From the human T2T-CHM13v2.0 reference genome, Homo sapiens, in assembly GCF_009914755.1 (NCBI RefSeq), contig NC_060928.1: 64,000 nt of DNA. One strand, written 5' to 3'. How positions within the stretch are numbered: the stretch's first letter is position 1; every line of letters begins with the position of its first letter. The notes below the pieces were generated by a model, which saw nothing but the letters and a program-made list of their open reading frames with translations, had not been told where the DNA came from and searched no databases. This document shows positions 58,258 to 64,000 of this stretch, one piece after another. The position numbers were made by a program, and so were the translations under genes.

Positions 58258-58541
58258 TGTAATCCCGGCACTTTGGGAGGCCAAAGCAGGCTGATCGCTT
58301 GAGGTCAGGAGTTCGAGACCAGCCTGGCTAACACGGTGAAACTTTGTCTCTACTAAAAACATAAAAATTAACTGAGCATGGTGAAACACACCTGTAACCC
58401 CAGCTACTCTGGAGGCTAAGGTGGGTGGATCGCTCGAATCCGGGAGGTATAGTTTTCAGTGGGCTGAGATTGTGCCACTGTACACCACCCTGGGTGACAG
58501 AGTGAGACTCTGTCTCAAAAAAACAAAGCAAAACAAAACAA
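58258..58541 (+). mobile_element. Slightly 5'-truncated Alu (S/J)
   Basis: tgtaatcccggcactttgggagg..gagtgagactctgtctc with (CAAAA)n tail. Confidence 0.92.
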
Positions 58542-60469
58542 GATGTATTTATTTCTCTGCAGTATTATTTCTCAGATGCTTTTGTATTAATCCTTAAGTT
58601 TAGGTATATATTGACATAATCCAAATATTTATTCATTACATATATTACTTTATTATACTTATTGCATATATCACATTTATCTTGCTTTAGTACAACCTCA
58701 CCTCCCCTTTCTTCTGACAGTTTGTAAATTGGCATATATATATATGTGTGTGTGTGTGTACACACACACAAACATATGAGAGACACGTATTCCAAAGTTT
58801 CCCTTCATACCAAAATATGCTAGAATCATCAGTGAACACAATGGCAGTATGTGACATGAAATTTTATTAATATAAATCACACTGGGTCTTTAAAAATGTT
58901 TATTGAATTAATGATCAGTGTCCTGGACGGACATCTTAAATTCTAATAATGGGTTTTATTGGTAAGCCTAAGTATATCAAATGCTATTTCCAGATTGATC
59001 ATTCCTTCAATTTTAGAGACCTCATAAGACTAGTAGATCTTAAGCCTGAGGTAGTTTTTCCAAGGAATACATGGAGCAGTCAAATGTTATAGGTGCAAAG
59101 AGAAAAAAGATATTAAATATAATTTTCAAAAATGGTGTTTTATGCAAATTTAAACACTTTCTATTTAGGAGAAATTATTGCATAAAGCATTTAACATGCT
59201 ATTATATATTATACATCTCAGAAAAGTCATAATGCACAACATTTCCCAAGGTAATTCCCCCATAATCTATTTGGTATAAAACATTTCTGAAAAAAATGAG
59301 AATTTAACATACTTTGGGAAATATCACTTTAAAGGAAGATTGAATTATAGGAAAAAAATGGAGTTCTCCTCAGCTTCCAAATTCTGATGTTAGAAATGTT
59401 CATTAAGATGTCAGATGTTTAGAAAGTGAATGACAAGGACAATTATGCTGAAAAAGAAGCGAGGAAGAGAATGGAAATGCAGTGAGTTGCACTGGAATGA
59501 ATATTAGAATGGGTCAGTAAACCAAGGTGGCAATCCTGACCTGAAATACATAAGCTACATGATATTGTGCAAACTATTTAACAACTTTGTCCAATAGCTT
59601 CCTAATCTTTAAAATGAAACTTAGCTGAATGACCTATAAGGTCTCTCCTAGTATTTAAAGTTAACTGAAATACTTTTAATCACTGGAACAAGCTCTTACA
59701 GAGTGAAAAGAATGCCTTAATTAATATATTCCTAGTCATCAAATGCAGACTTATCAGTTAACTCTTTTTATGTCTTATGAATATGATGTTATATTAAAGA
59801 AAATTCCATATATGTAATTATAGTCAAGGCAAAGATAAGTTAATAGAAGGGCAAGAAGCAGGACTGATAATACGATTTATTTGATTTGCTTGGGTTGCAG
59901 AGAAACAGTTCAAGGATTTCTGGTGGGACCCTCTTTCCTGCTATTTTCTTGTCTTTTCACATGACTTGTTAAAAGCATTGGTCAATCGGATGACATATTT
60001 AGTCTCTGGAATACTTAGGCCTCCATAGCAGACCAATATTTTTGAAACACTGACAATTTTTGTCGTTTGTCTTAATTTTTGCCCTTCCTCTGCTTACCAC
60101 TACCACTCACATTCAAAAAGCTTGGCCACCGATTTGAAATAAAAGAAGTGACAGGGAATACAGCACAAAAATGGTGCCTGATTTTGGTTTCAAATACTTT
60201 ATCTTTAATAGGAATACCACGGTTAAAACAATATTTATGATCGTTATCATTTGAGGAGTGTTTCCCACAAAGACTAGAACATATTTATTTTGAACCTGAG
60301 GAAAGGGGCGGGGGGAAAGGCAGATTAAACAACGACAGCAAAGAAAAAGCCACTAGTGAATTAACCAGTGGAGCTGCTAGCTTTCCACCAAGATTCTTTC
60401 CTTCATTCATTATAATATAATTATAGCCAGACACATTTTGGCTCAGTCAGATACTTTGTACCAGCTTCC

Positions 60470-60839
60470 TCTGCAGTTAGTTATAAACAAGTAGCTAAGT
60501 ATCTGCCAATGGAATTTGCACAGAAGTGGAGTGTGCCATTTTTGGTTTGAGAATAATGACATCAGAAATAAACCCTCTACCTCCACCTTCTCTTTCAACT
60601 GTCAGAATATAGTGGAGCTTCAAACATGTGGAAGAGGACTTGATTCTCTCGAGTGTGGTGGAGCAATGGTTTAGAAGGAAGCTAAATGCCCCAAATACCC
60701 GTGAAGAGAAGAATTGTCCCTGAGATGGGAACATTAATATTGTAACTGTTACATGAAAGAAAAATGAACTCATTGTCTTTGTACAACTATAATTTTGGAT
60801 GCTTTGTTACAGCAGTTTAGCTTTGCCCCAGTTAATATA
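60470..60839 (+). mobile_element. MLT1-family (I/J/K-like) LTR 3' part
   Basis: actgttacatgaaagaaaaatgaact..tttgttacagcagtttag..taatata end. Confidence 0.6.
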
Positions 60840-60952
60840 GTTTAACATATGAAGGCTCTTAGAAACTTAGAAAATTTCTGGTTACATAATAGGTGTTAAA
60901 TGTTTTTCTTATCATTAGGATTATTAAAATATAATAAGTATTACTAGGTTGA

Positions 60953-60953
60953 G

Positions 60954-60992
<39 letters not shown>
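60953..60992. repeat. (GT)n microsatellite
   Basis: about 20 GT units with one GC interruption. Confidence 0.95.
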
Positions 60993-60994
<2 letters not shown>

Positions 60995-61464
60995 TGGATG
61001 ATCTAACTGGAAGAGGCCACAAAGAAAATAATTAGAAATTTTTAATTTCTAGCTTCTGCAGAGATAGAAATAAGGAACCTTGGAGCAAAGGTAAAACCAC
61101 AAATGGTAGATTTCTGGAGTTAAGTCTAAAGGCATTACCCAACAGATCATCCAGCTCCCACTCCAAGGAGGATGTTTCTTTTGTCAGCTCTTGAAGTTAA
61201 GATAAGTGTTTACTGCAAACATTTAAGCACCGTCTTGAAAGATAATTATACACATAATCTGATTCTAGGAAACTACACAAATTCTATTTCCTGTAATGGG
61301 ATAGTAAGGAATTTTCTTCAACAGTATTCAGTACTGACAGTAACTATGCCGGAATAGTGACATCTGTTCATACCCTAAGACTTTACAAAGATTTCCATTG
61401 GACTTAGTAGGGTGATAAACTTCTTTTGTTATTTATCAGTACACTGAAAACCTCTGGGTAGTGG

Positions 61465-61845
61465 AAGCTGTGGTATGACACACAGATGTTATTTTCAGCT
61501 AAGTCTATTTTCAGAAACTATACGTAGCCAAATAGAGCCAGCCACCACTTAAAAGATTATGCACCCCTCCCTGATGGCAGGCACAGCCAATAGTTGATGG
61601 TAGGTTATAAAGCCCCGGTGTTCTTTCCATAATTTAGATCACTATGCAGGACCATCACAACTGGTCCAGATCTTCTTTTGGGTAAGTTTTCCACTGCATC
61701 TGCATCACAGTTCAACTTCTCCCTCTGTTCACCATTGCTTCCTTCAACTCTCCCCATATTTTTCCTTAGATAATGTTATGATTAACCTTTACATCAACAC
61801 TCTCAGCATAGCAAAGTTTGTTTTCTGGGTATCTAACTTACAACA
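61465..61845 (+). mobile_element. LTR16C-like LTR
   Basis: cagccaatag..tataaagcc..ctgcatcacagttcaacttctccctctg..ttctgggtatctaacttacaaca. Confidence 0.65.
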
Positions 61846-63477
61846 CCAAGAAAAAGAGGTTGATACCATGTAGGCTTTTGAGATAGTCATATTAGGTTTT
61901 AAACTGGCAGCTTTAATTTTGTAGGGTCGCAGAGAATTGACGGAGGAAACAGTACCAACTTTACATTCCACTGATCAGAACAGCAGAAACGATGCATTTC
62001 CATTGCATGTTTTTCAATCTGATTTCATCTCATGTGCATAAATTTCTGATTTCAGGTAATTATCAGAAAGAGCATGAATTTGCACTTAAACTTGCATTTA
62101 ACTATATGGGTTTCATTTAGTCATTCAATATATAAACATTTTTAGACACCTTACATGTGAAAGATACTATGAAAGTTTCTGAGAAAGTAAACAAAGCAGA
62201 CTTCAGTCCCTTTCTCAGAACTCATAAAGCTTGATTGTAAAGTCTAATTTTCAATAAGCAATTATAAGTACTAGATATCAATAAAATAACTTAATTTTAA
62301 GTAATTAAAATTTTAAGTAACCTTAATATAAAATTGTTGTAAAGATAGAAAACTTGTAAGTATATGAACATATAAATGTCAGCTGGCACATACCTGCATT
62401 CAAGAAATGTGATGATCTTTCCTGACTTTTTTTCTTAGTTTGACATGGATTCTGAAATAATAGAGATACTATGATTGAAATTTTAGCATAATGCATTTAA
62501 AGCAATTATGTATACTTAGGAGATGATGGATTTCAGAATTTGTTTCTGGCTAGCAGCTCATCATAAAAATGCATTTGTTCAACTTACTGAGGATGGCAAA
62601 TATATTAGACTAAGGAAAGGTTATTATGTTTATGTTTACTACTTATGAAACCCAGCTATAAGAACTCACCTGTGACAAAGGTTGTAGGTCAGGACAAGAT
62701 ATGACTTTTAACATGGAAGAGGGAAGCAAGTAGGGCCTAGCACAAATTTTGTGGTCCTTCCCAAAATTTCTTTACATATTTAGGGTATTACTTGAAACAA
62801 CTTAAGCACATGACAATAAGCTATCCAAATTTTATATGTATGTCATCACCATTATCACTGTATATAACATGTATGAAATGTTAATTAGTACTGGATTCTA
62901 TGCATTTTATAATTCCTTTATGTATTTTCAAAGTAACCACATGTGGTGTATATATAATAATCATAGACAAGGACATTTCTATAATTAGTTCAATTTGTCT
63001 GTTAAGAGGAAAAGACCTATGGATCCTACTGAAGTTTCCTGAGTTTTTCTTTCCTACAATAGTATTAAATAAATGTTATTGTTCTTTAGTTGTCAATGAA
63101 CAAACATAGCCAATCATCCTATGTCCATCCCAGGAGGTATGAACATATAACTTTCATAACCTGTTAATGATATATTTTGCAAACTTGATTGTCACATTTT
63201 AAATATACGTTAGGTTACCTGACTCAAGCCTGCTGTATTGCTTGAAATAATGTACATTAGTCACTACAGGATTAAATGGAGAACAGTATATTACAAGGGG
63301 AAGATTCATTTTCTAACTAACTTCAGTTTGTTTGATTAGCAATTTTCTCTAATCCATTATGAAGGATCAGAAGAAATTTAAGAAAATGTGACTTGGAATA
63401 GGTGAACTGTTGGCAACTAGGTTTGGAAGAAGGTGCTATCAGGAGCAAAAAGTAACCAGTAATAGATGCTTGCACCG

Positions 63478-63846
63478 TGATATGATTTGGCTGTGTCCCC
63501 ACTCAAATCTCATCTTCAGTTTTAGCTCCCATAATTCCCACATGTTGTGGGAGGGACCTGGTGGGAAATAATTGAATCATGGGGGTGGTTTTCCCCCACT
63601 GTTCTCGTGGTAGTGAATAAGTCTCACAAGATCTGATGATTTTATCGGGGATTTCCCCTTTCGCTTTGCTTTCATTCTCTCATCTGCTGCCATGTAAGTC
63701 TTGCGTTTCACCTTCCACCATGATCGTAAGGCCTTCCCAGCCACGTGGAATTGTAAGTGCATTAAACTTCTTATTTTGTTGTTGTTTTAATAAATTACCC
63801 AGCCTCCGGTATGTCTTTATTAGCAGTGTGAAAACGAACTAACACA
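63478..63846 (+). mobile_element. THE1B/C solo LTR
   Basis: tgatatgatttggctgtgtccccac..tatgtctttattagcagtgtgaaaacgaactaacaca; TSD caccg/cacag. Confidence 0.93.
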
Positions 63847-64000
63847 CACAGGATGGTGCTATCATTGAAATAAAGAAAGCCATAAGCAGATTTCATGTAG
63901 CAGCAGTACTATATAGCAGTTAAAACTCTAGACTCAAGGGGGAGTACTGCCAGATCTGAATTTTATTTTTTTTTACAAATTATTTCCTTTACACATGTGA

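Overview
AT-rich, CpG-depleted primate (most likely human or great-ape) non-coding DNA, either a gene desert or a large intron. I find no protein-coding exon, RNA gene or CRISPR array that I can support. The ORFs with recognisable homology are decayed LINE-1 ORF2 or Tigger transposase remnants. The window is dominated by transposable elements: L1s of several ages, seven Alu/FLAM/FRAM pieces, two two-LTR THE1 elements, many solo LTRs, Tigger1, Tigger4, MER1A, MADE1, MIR and L2, often nested. Family names were recognised by eye from remembered consensus sequences, so subfamily calls need RepeatMasker/Dfam confirmation. The most notable structures are a convergent inverted pair of independently inserted LTR12 promoters 471 bp apart, a tail-less internal Alu fragment with a TSD, several templated-inversion repair scars, a 198-bp local non-tandem duplication, and multi-level TE nests. 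None of these is demonstrated to be a new biological system from sequence alone.
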